The notes below the pieces were generated by a model. The model saw nothing but the letters and a program-made list of their open reading frames with translations. It was not told the DNA's origin and ran no database searches. The position numbers and the translations under genes were made by a program. Below, piece by piece: positions 1-11,935 of a stretch of DNA of 64,000 nt (the first letter of the stretch is position 1; each line of letters begins with the position of its first letter). This DNA is from Octopus vulgaris. Taxonomy: Eukaryota. The stretch is from NCBI GenBank assembly GCA_951406725.2, contig OX597829.1:1488001-1552000 (forward strand), in the 5' to 3' direction.

Positions 1-28
1 ATCTATTTATTAATATATCCCTCGCTCG

Positions 29-121
<93 letters not shown>

Positions 122-338
122 CCTACCTACCTACCAATCTATCTATCTATCTATCTATCTTTTTTTTTTCCTCTCCCTCTTTTTTTTTAACCCCCTTTTT
201 TTGTCCTCTTTCTCTCCTTTTACGATCCCTTTTGATCGAAACTCCCCCTTCCTTTTTTTTTTTTTAAACCTTCAAAAGAAAAGCTCTACCTTGTAATTTG
301 TTCTATCTGTGTGCAGCCCTGTGTGGCTAATAAAGAAA

Positions 339-423
<85 letters not shown>

Positions 424-427
424 TCTA

Positions 428-475
<48 letters not shown>

Positions 476-549
476 TGTCTGTCTGTTTGTATGTTTGTCT
501 GTTTGTCCGTCCGTCTGTCTCTCTGTCTATCTCCCTGTCTATCTCTCTG

Positions 550-598
<49 letters not shown>

Positions 599-720
599 TT
601 GTCTGTCTGTCTGTTTGTCTGTTTGTCTATGTATCTTCGAATCCATCTAACAATCCATTTACGTGAATACGTTTCGCGCCTCTGTATATATATTTTGCTC
701 TCTCTCTCTCTCCCTGTCTC
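29..720. repeat. Compound microsatellite (TATC)n/(TA)n/(TGTC)n surrounding a LINE 3' fragment
   Basis: Directly visible arrays; ORFs 309..724 are YLSI/YI repeat translations. Confidence 0.95.
161..340 (+). mobile_element. 3' UTR fragment of the Tx1/L1-like LINE
   Basis: tacgatcccttttgatcgaa...aaagctctaccttgtaatttg...gtgtggctaataaagaaa matches the reverse complement of 58592-58745; (TATC)n on both sides. Confidence 0.85.
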
Positions 721-779
721 TTGAAACGTCCTCTAAATGGCGCTGCTGTCTTTGATTTTATTGGATTTATATCCCTTGT

Positions 780-1620
780 TTACTGCAATCTCTTGCTACA
801 TTTGGTATTTCAGTTATGTTACCTCAACATTTAATACGGAGCTAAAGGCCATTAATATTGATGACATACATTCACAGTTAACTAGTAGTATTCCCGAAAG
901 CGTATATTTATTTATTGTAGGAATCCGTATATCATACTTAAAGCAGAAACTTCATTGAAAACCTAATTGACTTTGTTTTTCGTCCAGAGAAACAAAATCC
1001 TGCGTTTCGTTATAAAAAAAGAAACAGCGAGTCTAATGATAGCAGCTGAAGATAAAAGGATAAAAACAAGCATCACGAGAAAATATATGTATAGGGAGAC
1101 CGTGTCAGAGAAATATAAAGATACCAGGTTTGTTATATATACGCAAACTAAACCTAGAATGTTATACGTATTTAATGCACACCAACTCAAATAAACACGT
1201 CATTATCCAAATAAGATGTTCCAGAGAGTCATGAATTACAGAATATCATTAAAAAAAACAAGTAATGTGTGACATAAAATTCAAAATGTAAATCCTTTAT
1301 ATCGATTACAAAAATGAACTAAGTACATTAGTTTCTAATGATCAATGTGGTTTATGGATTCGATAGCTTATGAGCAAGTTACAAACTTCATGTCTCCAAC
1401 GCAGTTGTATTGGTCATGCAAGTACGGCAATCTCTCATTCATTCCACATGCATTTACAGGAAGAAGCATTGCATCACACAACATAAATCAGGACAGAAAA
1501 ACATTTTTAAAGAATACAACTATATTCTGTGGAATCCCAATCATCCCCCAAAATGTATTAATAATGGGGGCAATATTAATAACCTAGCACAATGCTAAAA
1601 TGAACACACGTTCATACACT
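780..1620 (-). pseudogene. Possible decayed intronless class A (rhodopsin-like) GPCR pseudogene
   Basis: Hand translation gives hydrophobic segments in 7TM order: INIAPIINTFWGMIGIPQNIVVFFK (TM1-like), NVFLS*FMLCDAMLL (TM2-like), TLIIRN*CT*FIF (TM3-like), YIYFLVMLVFILLSSAAIIRL (TM5-like, ORF 963..1190), VSALSMIYGFLQ (TM6-like), ILMAFSSVLNV (TM7-like); many stops and frameshifts. Confidence 0.4.
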
Positions 1621-2058
1621 GGACCCAACTAAAAATAAATCCATGACTGATGGCGTACAAAGCTGATGGAGGAAACTCAACTTCTGCCGAAAACGTCTTC
1701 ACCAATCACTTGTGTATGCCAGGTATAAAAAAGCAGCAATACGCAACAGCGTCACTTCATCTTAACAATAAAACTACCAGGGTCAAGTAACATTGATGTT
1801 GTATTTTGGAAGTTTACCGTTCTAAACAATAAAAATATTGCTTGAAAATACACTGTTACAAATAATAAAGTAATTTATCATATTTTGTGAATGAGTTCCA
1901 AAGACTAGAGGTGACAACATAAGAATTAAAAAGTTGATTTAAAATTATACATCTAGCATGTAATTGAGTTTCATTATAATATTTATAACAAAAAAGAACC
2001 CCTGTTCCCCATGCATGCAAATATGTGTATAGATATGTGAATATATATTAAATATATA

Positions 2059-2892
2059 CGAGGTCTGATCAATAAGTATCAGTACTGTTGCCATAATAAC
2101 CAAGTTAAAGCTTGCAGAGTAAAGCCGCTTGGCAAAGATTGACCTTGAACTCTGTTGTGCATGTGCACTAAGTTTAAACATCCTAGCTCACTTACGCTGT
2201 TTACAGCAGTGCTTGGAAGGAAGGTGTGTAGCGTGTGATCGTCGCATTGACAACGACAGAGAAAGTTGTCAGAGACCTATTCAAATTTGCAGAAAGTGCA
2301 TGGAGGTGAGTGTATGAATCGCACACAAGTGTAGACGAACGTTTGGAGAGACCCGCAACCAGCAGAAATGAGAAAAACATCGCAGATGTACGTGCAGCTG
2401 AGAAGGGAAATTGTCGAATCACCATCCGTGAGTTATCAGAGGATGTGTAGATTTGTTACGGCTCAGTTCAGTCCATTATCACTGAAGATTAGGGTATGCG
2501 ACGCGTGTCTGCCAAGTTTGTGCCAAAACTGCTTTCAGCTGTCCAAAAAGACACTCGGGATTCAGTTACCCAAGGTTTTCTTGATTGTGTCGAGAACGAT
2601 GAAAACGTTTTGAAAAAGTTGCGTAGGCATCTGAGCAGGAATGGCCAAGCTTTTGGTAAAATTTGCTGCAGCTTCCCTTCTCAACTTTCTCTGTCAAAGA
2701 CACTACAACGATCTCACACTACACACCTTCCTTCCAAGCACTGCTGTAAACAGCGGAAGTAAGCTAGAACGTTAAAACATAATGCACCTGCACAGCAGGG
2801 TTTATGGTCAATCTGTGCCGAGCGGCTTCACTCTCAGTGCTTTAGTTTCGTTACTATGGCAACAGTCCTGATACTTATTGATCAGATCATTC
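2059..2892 (+). mobile_element. Internally deleted mariner element with ~210-bp terminal inverted repeats
   Basis: TA|cgaggtctgatcaataagtatc... (2059-2268) is inverted at 2682-2890; internal peptide RRVSAKFVPKLLS resembles the mariner WVPHEL linker. Confidence 0.88.
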
Positions 2893-3794
2893 ACAAATAT
2901 AGGAATATGTGTATGTGCGTGCGTGGGAGTGTATGTATATGTGTGTATGTATTTGTATATGACATACATCCTATATATATATATATACATACATACATAC
3001 ATACATACATACATACATACATACATACATACATACATACATACATTCGCATGCGAGTATACGGTTGCTTGAAGCACGCTTTCATAAATTGGTTTTTGGT
3101 ACCGATGTATTCACGAGCAGATATATACACCCTCGTAACCCAACTCCCACCATTAACCCAGCGGAAAAGCTAGTAAATGACTGTTGGAACTGGAAAGAGT
3201 TGCTCCATTGCACTGACATTAGACAGGTATTTATTTTCAGCCGAATTAACTGAATTGAGATGGAATGAAGTAAGAATGCAGCACACCAACTGATCCAGGA
3301 ATCGAACATGTGACCTTACTGTCTTGAGGCCAACACCCTCATATCTTTAACAGACCACATATCTTTACGCTTGGTTCTTACTCTAAGTATAATAAGACCC
3401 CCCGAAACAGACCGAATTACTGATCTTTCTGTTGACCCAAAAATGTTTTAGGTGAAGGCTAGATATTACTCATAAAGAACAAATAATAGAAAAGCACCCG
3501 GCTTAACTCCCCGTTGTCTTTGTAAGATAAGAACGCACGCATGCGCGGGCATTTGTGTCTCTGTGTGTTAGTGTAATTCTGTACGTGTGTTTGCGTATGC
3601 GTAAGTAGAACGTTACAGAGCAAGTGGGTAAGCCTTTAGCGATCTGAGATCGTAATGTAGTTTTAATCCCCGGATTAAGCCATGTCACTCCACTTACCAT
3701 CGTAATGCCCTTTGCAATGTTATGGACATCACATAATATACTGTCTTTGTGTCCAGTAAACACAAACGCGTTTCAGCATATAAAAATACATAAC

Positions 3795-3940
3795 CGCCGT
3801 GGCTTTGTGGATAGGATGCCGGGCTCATGATTATAAGGACATGTGTTCGATTCCTGAGAGTGGTTGCATGTTATGTCTGAGCAAGGCGACTGCATTTTTT
3901 ACATTGCTCCTGCCGTCTCAGTGATAAATGGTATCAGCTG
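3795..3940 (+). mobile_element. Diverged tRNA-derived SINE (family D)
   Basis: A/B-box-like head (gtggctttgtgg...gttcgattcct) and body similar to the reverse complement of 53560-53710. Confidence 0.6.
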
Positions 3941-3974
3941 AGAACTTCTGATGCAACTATTTTTCTCAAGCTCA

Positions 3975-4197
3975 AGGCGGCAAGGAGCTGGCAGACACCT
4001 TAGGGCGTCGGGCGAAATGCTTAGCAATATTTCGTCTGTCGTTCAAATTCCGCCGAGGTCGACTTTGTCTTTCATCCTTTCGGGGTCGATAAATTAAATA
4101 CCAGTTTCGCACTGGGGTCGATTTAATTGACTTAATCCCTTTGTCTGTCCTTGTTTGTCCCCTCTATGTTTAGCCCCTTGTGGGCAATAAAGAAATA
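3975..4197 (+). mobile_element. SINE family A with 17-bp TSD
   Basis: ggcgg..gagctggcaga head, gttcaaattcc B-box, tttcatcctttcggggtcgataaa core, tail gtgggcaataaagaaata; TSD tatttttctcaagctca at 3958-3974 and 4198-4214. Confidence 0.93.
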
Positions 4198-4306
4198 TAT
4201 TTTTCTCAAGCTCATCTCCTAACGGCTATCACATTCGCCATAATCCGTTGGGTCAAAAACGAGAGGGAGAAAACGGTGCTTATGCTTGCTCGCAAATATA
4301 TTAGAA

Positions 4307-4831
4307 CAGTAATACTTCACTTTACGAAGACCCGATTTACGCGACACTGGGTTCAGGAGTTTTATTTATAATAAACATAAAGACCTACATTTTGAACGAA
4401 GTGTAAAAGTTTCTACTACCATAACAAAGGCTTCTGTGTGTTACTGACAAATTTATAGAGCGAAAAACGTTTCATTTAAGCAAACAACGCTAGACTTGTT
4501 TTTTGAAAAGAAATCTACAAGTCCGTCTGCGAGTGCTTGTGAATCGGCGATCGCATTTACAAGTGATAGTGTGCGCGAATCTAGTGCGAATGAAAGTGAT
4601 TCAGAAATCGATAATAATAATCATATTTTTTATTATAAATGATCTTTTTACTTAACATTATACTATTGTTTTATTGCATTTTTTAACGAGTATTATGAAT
4701 TTTATAGGTAAAATATTTTTTGGAGAACGGATTACGATTGCCGCTATGTGAGATTATTGTTCTGCTTTACGAGTTTTCGCTTTATGAGCGGTCTCCGGGT
4801 ACAAATTAACTCATATATCGAGGTATTACAA
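4307..4831. mobile_element. Degenerate Tigger/pogo-like non-autonomous element
   Basis: Imperfect TIRs cagtaatacttcactttacga / tcatatatcgaggtattaca. Confidence 0.5.
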
Positions 4832-5398
4832 TACCGAAAACATTAAGCGAGTACTACATCTTACACGCTTGTGAGTCACGGTTTTAAGACGATTATTGCA
4901 TGTGCTTGTTTATATGTGATTTTTCTTCTTGGCTGAGGAAGCGACTATACGTCGGGCAAACGTCGGAGTAAGAGACTACGAGAAACGAACCGAAGAAACG
5001 AACACACACGCGCACGCACACCTACAGATACGCATGCGCACCTACATGTGTGTACGCGCGTATACAAACACAAACATGCACACACACACGCGCGTAAGTA
5101 ATATGGAAGTTATCTCGCATTAAACAAACTGCTACGTCGCGGTTTCAATATCGGCGAGTAGCTCTTCATCTCTCGTTCGGTTCCTTAATTCCCCCCCCCT
5201 CCAACACAAACATACTTTCTTCCATAAATTCGTGAACTCCTGAATCTTGATTCTTCTTTCTCCATAGCGCAAGCAAAGATTCTTTGTGACTTATGCAAGA
5301 AATCTATGTCTTATGTAAGCAAGAAATTAAAACGGATTCTTATTTATTCATATATTAGGGTTTTTTTTGTTTATTTTTATTTTATTTTATTTTTACTC

Positions 5399-5431
<33 letters not shown>

Positions 5432-5899
5432 TTTTCTTTTGTTTTCACTGATGATTTGGTCCTAAGAACTGCTAAATAAAAATAAATAACAAAATATAAA
5501 AAATTAACATTTGTCTGCGGAAGAAGCATATGAGCGGGTAGTGGGAAGAGACGTTAAGACGATGTCTTTCATAGAAAGGGGGGAGGGACCTAAATATGTT
5601 AGTTATGGTGATAGTGGTGGTGGTGGCGGTGGTGGTTGGCATGGCATGGCATAGATTTCTGAGAGTATATGCAGTCTGTCACGCTTCATAGCACAGTGAC
5701 GCCAAACGAGATTAAGTGATTATTACAGGGAAGAAAAAATTCTGTATGGAATGGTAAATGGTATAATTAAGCTAAGAGAAGCGTGAAGAAGCGAAATGGA
5801 GGTACTTGGAAGATGGTGGCGATGGAGACGGTGGGGGTGACTAGGTGGCGTTGGTGATGGTCGTGGCCGTCGTTGTCTTCCATTTTTACTTCGTTTTGT

Positions 5900-7330
<1,431 letters not shown>

Positions 7331-7480
7331 GCGGTAGTATTGAGTGCAGTTAGGTGCAGCAATGGTGACAGTAAGGAGTGGCTGGATAAAAGGGCGGAGG
7401 TTCGATATCACAGCTTCCAATCAAGTATTCGAATAATAATTACTAATATTCCATCAAGAGATCTCTATTCTTCTTTAAGT

Positions 7481-7619
7481 GCAGGAGTGGCTGTGTGGTA
7501 AAGAAGCTTGCTTACCAACCACACGGTTCCGGGTTCAGTCCAACTACGTGGCCTATTGGGTAGTTGTCTTCTACTATTCTCTGGGCCCAACCAAAGCCTT
7601 GTAAGTGGATTTGGTAGAC
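7481..7619 (+). mobile_element. SINE family B, 5' half
   Basis: gcaggagtggctgtgtggtaa...ggttcagtcc...ccaaagccttgtaagtggatttggtagac, same as 17480 and 61414. Confidence 0.85.
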
Positions 7620-7634
7620 ATCATATATATATAT

Positions 7635-8510
7635 ACCAATAGGGAGCAAATAATTCATCAGAAAAGTATTTTCGAAGATATCATTAACTCTATTATTATC
7701 TAGGGTAAATTAATTAAAATGATAACAGAATTAGTAAAATAAGGCGATTGCAGGCCCCAAAAAGCATTAAAAGGCTGAAGGATTAAAATTTATATTAATC
7801 AAAGGACATACTGAGTATGTCAGATTTGGCGCAAAACAAATCATTGCAGCGCAGACTTCAACGTGACGGGTTGGGCGATTTTTTCATCGTGGTAATACGT
7901 GATGAGGACGGTGAGGCTATAATGCCAGTCCATAAACCTGTTCACGTGAGCCCAAATATTAGAAAATATATAGGTAGATTCTATATTGGTGAATGATTTT
8001 CTTGTCCTGTATGTTCGCAGCCGGTTAATTTCTGTAGTTATTATCAGTGTTATTTTTTCGGCAGTTTAAATAAGAGCTTTGACTGTTATTTCCAGCAGGT
8101 AGACACACTCAGGATATCATTTGATTAATATAAATGTTATTCCTTCAGCCATTTTATTATACGTTTTGGGACCGGCAATCGCCTATATTAACAATTATGT
8201 TATTATCATTTTAATTAATTTAACGTAGATTACAATACAGTTAATGATATCTTCGCAAACATTTTTTGGGTGAATTATTTGCTCCTTATTTGAATTATTT
8301 TTCTTACTGAGAATGCTATGATTTGGCGGGAAACGAATCAGTGCAGACTTCAACCTGACAGGTTGGCAGATTTTCATCATAGTAACACGTCTTGAGGGAG
8401 GTGAGGCTATAATACCAGTCCAGAAACCGGTTCAGAGTCCGGCCTATATTATTAATTCTGTTTTTACTGTTATTTCCAGCAAGTAAGCATGCTCAGTATG
8501 TCCGTTGATA
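7635..8510 (+). mobile_element. PLE-derived short element: inverted arm plus partial tandem, two decayed hammerhead motifs
   Basis: Inverted repeat 7637-7822 / 8101-8291; direct repeat starting 7823 / 8320; HHR-like motifs at 7897-7947 and 8387-8438; (TA)n flanks. Confidence 0.7.
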
Positions 8511-8530
8511 ATATATATACCGGATTCTAG

Positions 8531-8580
8531 CAAAAACTGTCTGATGAACGGCAACGAGAAACTCAGAGTAACGGATTTGG
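8531..8580 (+). ncRNA. Minimal type I hammerhead ribozyme motif
   Basis: ctgt CTGATGA acg-gcaa-cga GAAA ctc-a-gag TA acgg; short stem II with a mismatched closing pair; second copy at 48458-48496 (-). Confidence 0.65.
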
Positions 8581-8606
8581 TTGAATTTTCAGCTGCTTTA
8601 AATAAA

Positions 8607-8720
<114 letters not shown>

Positions 8721-8993
8721 GAAAAATACAAACTGGGACAAGAACGTAAAACATTTAGAAGACGATACAAAAAACGGACGGGACATTCGAAGACTTCAAT
8801 CTTCAGTCAAGAACCGGATCATCCTAGCAATTTCGGCTGATATATATATATATTACGGAGATGTACTTGCATAGCGAGTGACTCGATCTGAGATCGTGTG
8901 CTGGAACGAAAACAATTGCAGCGTGGAAGGTGTTTATAAGCCATTTAAGAAACACACAAAAACCGTTAGATTCACTTCAACATTTAAATTTAA

Positions 8994-9044
8994 TTTGTCA
9001 AAATATTTTCGTCGCTTTCAGACCTCGACCTGTTCACTGACAAA
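8994..9044 (-). ncRNA. Hammerhead-like motif with G3-C8 swapped core, within a short element at 8856-9078
   Basis: Minus strand: tttgtca GTGAACA g gtcg-aggtctgaaag-cgac GAAA atat TT tgacaaa; 7-bp stem I, 4-bp stem II, palindromic stem III. Confidence 0.55.
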
Positions 9045-9097
9045 ACTTCGTGCTGCATCTGAGAAAGTAACAGTTAGTTCATGATATATATATGTAC

Positions 9098-9159
<62 letters not shown>

Positions 9160-9734
9160 ATGTATGTATGTATGTATGTATGTATGCATGCATGCATGCA
9201 TGCATGTATGTATGTATGTATGTATGTATGTATGTATGTATGTATGTGCGTATGTATGTATGTGTGTAAATGTATGTGCGCATGCCTATACGCATGTATG
9301 TATGTACTTATGTGCTTACGTATGTATGTGAGTATTTAGGAGAGTGTGTAGACGTACCTGTGTGTGTGTGTACATGTGTATGTACATGTGAACGTATATT
9401 TATGTAATGATATGTGTCAGTTCAAGATGTATACATGACTGTTACCTTGTTGAAGGTTGTATATATACACACACATATACATTTATATATAGACAAACAC
9501 ACATATATATATGTGTGTGTGTGTGTGTGCGTTTGTCCCTCTCACCACCGTCTAACGGTGAACGGATACAACGTCTTAGATACATATATGCACATATAAC
9601 CTTATACATATATACATATACACACAATCATATAGACACTTACACATACTCACAAATATATACGTATAATCTTAAAGTATACACACATATACGCTCATCC
9701 ATCTCTACATACATACATATATACGTATACACAC

Positions 9735-9800
<66 letters not shown>

Positions 9801-9803
<3 letters not shown>

Positions 9804-10482
9804 TTGTATAGAGGTCATTATTACACATAAATGCCACACGCTAGGAGGGACTCTTAAAGTCATAACTACCGAATATAAACAAATTGTACCGAATACAATA
9901 TAAATAAATATTTTCAAAGAAAAAAAATTTACAGTTTTTTTCTCTTATGAGGTTTTTCACGCTAACTACTTGATAATTTCTTGTTAAGATTTCTTATTAA
10001 GATTTTATCCTATTTTTAAAATGTGTTCCGAAAAAGCACGTTGTCTCCCGAAATGCAATTCAAAAGAACCCGCCATTTACATAAATGTATGATGGATAAA
10101 GATTTCCATATACTACGATGACGGCAACGGTTGTCCACCTGGTATGATGTTTTTGTTTATTTATGATATATTTTGGAATCGCTTCACTGAAGAGCAAGGG
10201 ACTCGTATAACGCGTTAATTGCGAAATCACAGGTGATATGGAGCTAAATTCTGTTTTTAAATGACTCGCTTTGAGAATTGCATTCGGTACAATTTGTTTA
10301 TATTTGGTAGTTATGACTTTAAGAGTCCCTCCTAGCGTGTGGCAGTTATGTGTAATAATGCCCTCTATACAATATAAATAAATATTTTCAAAGAAAAAAA
10401 TTTACAGTTTTTTTCTCTTATGAGGTTTTTCACGCTAACTACTTGATAATTTCTTGTTAAGATTTCTTATTAAGATTTTATC

Positions 10483-10488
<6 letters not shown>
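9801..10488 (+). mobile_element. PLE-derived short element: inverted arm plus 474-bp partial tandem
   Basis: Inverted repeat 9801-9899 / 10277-10375; direct repeat 9894-10015 / 10368-10488; (TA)n on both sides; internal HHR. Confidence 0.8.
10181..10244 (+). ncRNA. Type I hammerhead ribozyme, canonical core
   Basis: gcttca CTGAAGA gcaa..(21 nt)..ttgc GAAA tcac-ag-gtga TA tggagc; all three stems pair; AUA cleavage triplet. Confidence 0.85.
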
Positions 10489-10516
<28 letters not shown>

Positions 10517-10521
<5 letters not shown>

Positions 10522-11096
10522 AATCAAGGAATGGCCATAATAGGCCATTCACCCACTAGAAATAACAGCCAAAGCTTCAACCGCAAAATAACATTAATTC
10601 CGCAAACCAGGAGAAAATTAAAAAAACATTTACCCTGTAATTTCTTATACGATGCACCGTTTCATCTATTGTTTAATGGTAAACTAACCTGATTAAATTA
10701 AATCAAGCCAATCTTCCATAGGCCGATAGATTCGTCAGTAAGAAACACCCAGAGACGAGCAGATATTATCACGAGGCACCTCTGTCCCTGCCTCGGCAAT
10801 ATCTGACCTAAAATTTTCAAATCATCGCACTCGCGCCAAATTTATCGGCAGCAAATATAAGCCGCCGATTCCATTACGGAATTAACCAGAAAATTCATAA
10901 TTAATCAATATAGGGTGGCAAAAAATTTGAAGCTTTGGCTGTTATTTCTAGTGGGTGAATGGCCTATTATGGCCATTCCTTGATTGTGATGTTGAACTTA
11001 TAAATGGTCTATGACTATTTAATTTTTTTCCCACTAGGCCGCTGGTGGCAAATAAATTCTACGAAATTTTTTGCCACCCTATATTGATTAATTATG

Positions 11097-11100
<4 letters not shown>
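10517..11100 (-). mobile_element. PLE-derived short element with two perfect inverted repeats
   Basis: 64-bp inverted repeat 10517-10580 / 10927-10990; 37-bp inverted repeat 10892-10928 / 11064-11100; (TA)n flanks; internal HHR. Confidence 0.8.
10641..10745 (-). ncRNA. Type I hammerhead ribozyme with a large loop-2 insertion
   Basis: Minus strand: tttctta CTGACGA atctat..(~56 nt)..atagat GAAA cggtgcatcg TA taagaaa; GUA triplet. Confidence 0.85.
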
Positions 11101-11173
<73 letters not shown>

Positions 11174-11285
11174 CATATATACATATATACATACATACAT
11201 ACATACATGCATATATGTATTTTAGTACCATACACTTCAACATGTATGCATGAATTACTACATGTAAATGAGGGAGAGAGGGGTG

Positions 11286-11935
11286 GTTATAGAATGGTAC
11301 TCCCGAGTGGAATCTGGATGTTAGTCCATTCGCATTTTCAGTTGAGAGTGGGTTTGTATTCTTGTATACAGACAGCTTCCGTGACCTGTCTCAGCATTGC
11401 ATCAGTGGGATGTGTGGATAAGATGTTTAACTTAAGTCTCCATAAGGAGCCCTTGTGGCAGTCTACAGCATGCTGATAGAAGATGGGGTTTGGTTTCTTT
11501 TCAATGTAATTATCCAGGTGTTCTTTGAACCTATCATTGATACTCCTAGAAGTCTCACCTATGTATGACTCTGGGTTAGTCGCGCAAGCTCCTTCTTGGC
11601 ACTTAATTTGGTATACAGTGCTCTTGGTTTTTCAGTTCACATGTGGCTTTGTGGAACATACTGCACAATTATTTTGACATGTGAATCTCTCATATGGATA
11701 TGATCTACATAATACAGATTTGATAGTCCTACCTGTCTTTTCTACAACCTTGATCTTAAGGCCAGTTGTGTGCAGAATTTTCTTGAATGCCCTGCACAAT
11801 TCGTTCTTAGGTGATCCGTCAACAAACATTACACGTTGAAATTTTTTGTTATCATACCAAGTATTGGTTTTATTTCTCTTGGTGGTGTCTCTCTGTAACC
11901 TATTCCAGAACTTGTTGCGGTTTAGGGGGCATATA
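11286..11935 (-). mobile_element. Penelope-like element ORF fragment (C-terminal GIY-YIG endonuclease), pseudogenised
   Basis: Reading through the stop of ORF 11632..11829: CQNNCAVC..N*KTKSTVYQIKC..SYIGETSRSINDRFKEH..QHA..CH..EAVCIQEYKPTLN*KCEW. Confidence 0.9.

Noticed and set aside
11632-11634. In-frame TGA at a probable Cys position of the PLE ORF, read as selenocysteine
   Set aside because: A second TGA at a non-Cys position (LN*KCEW) and the truncation indicate ordinary decay; I could not identify a SECIS element
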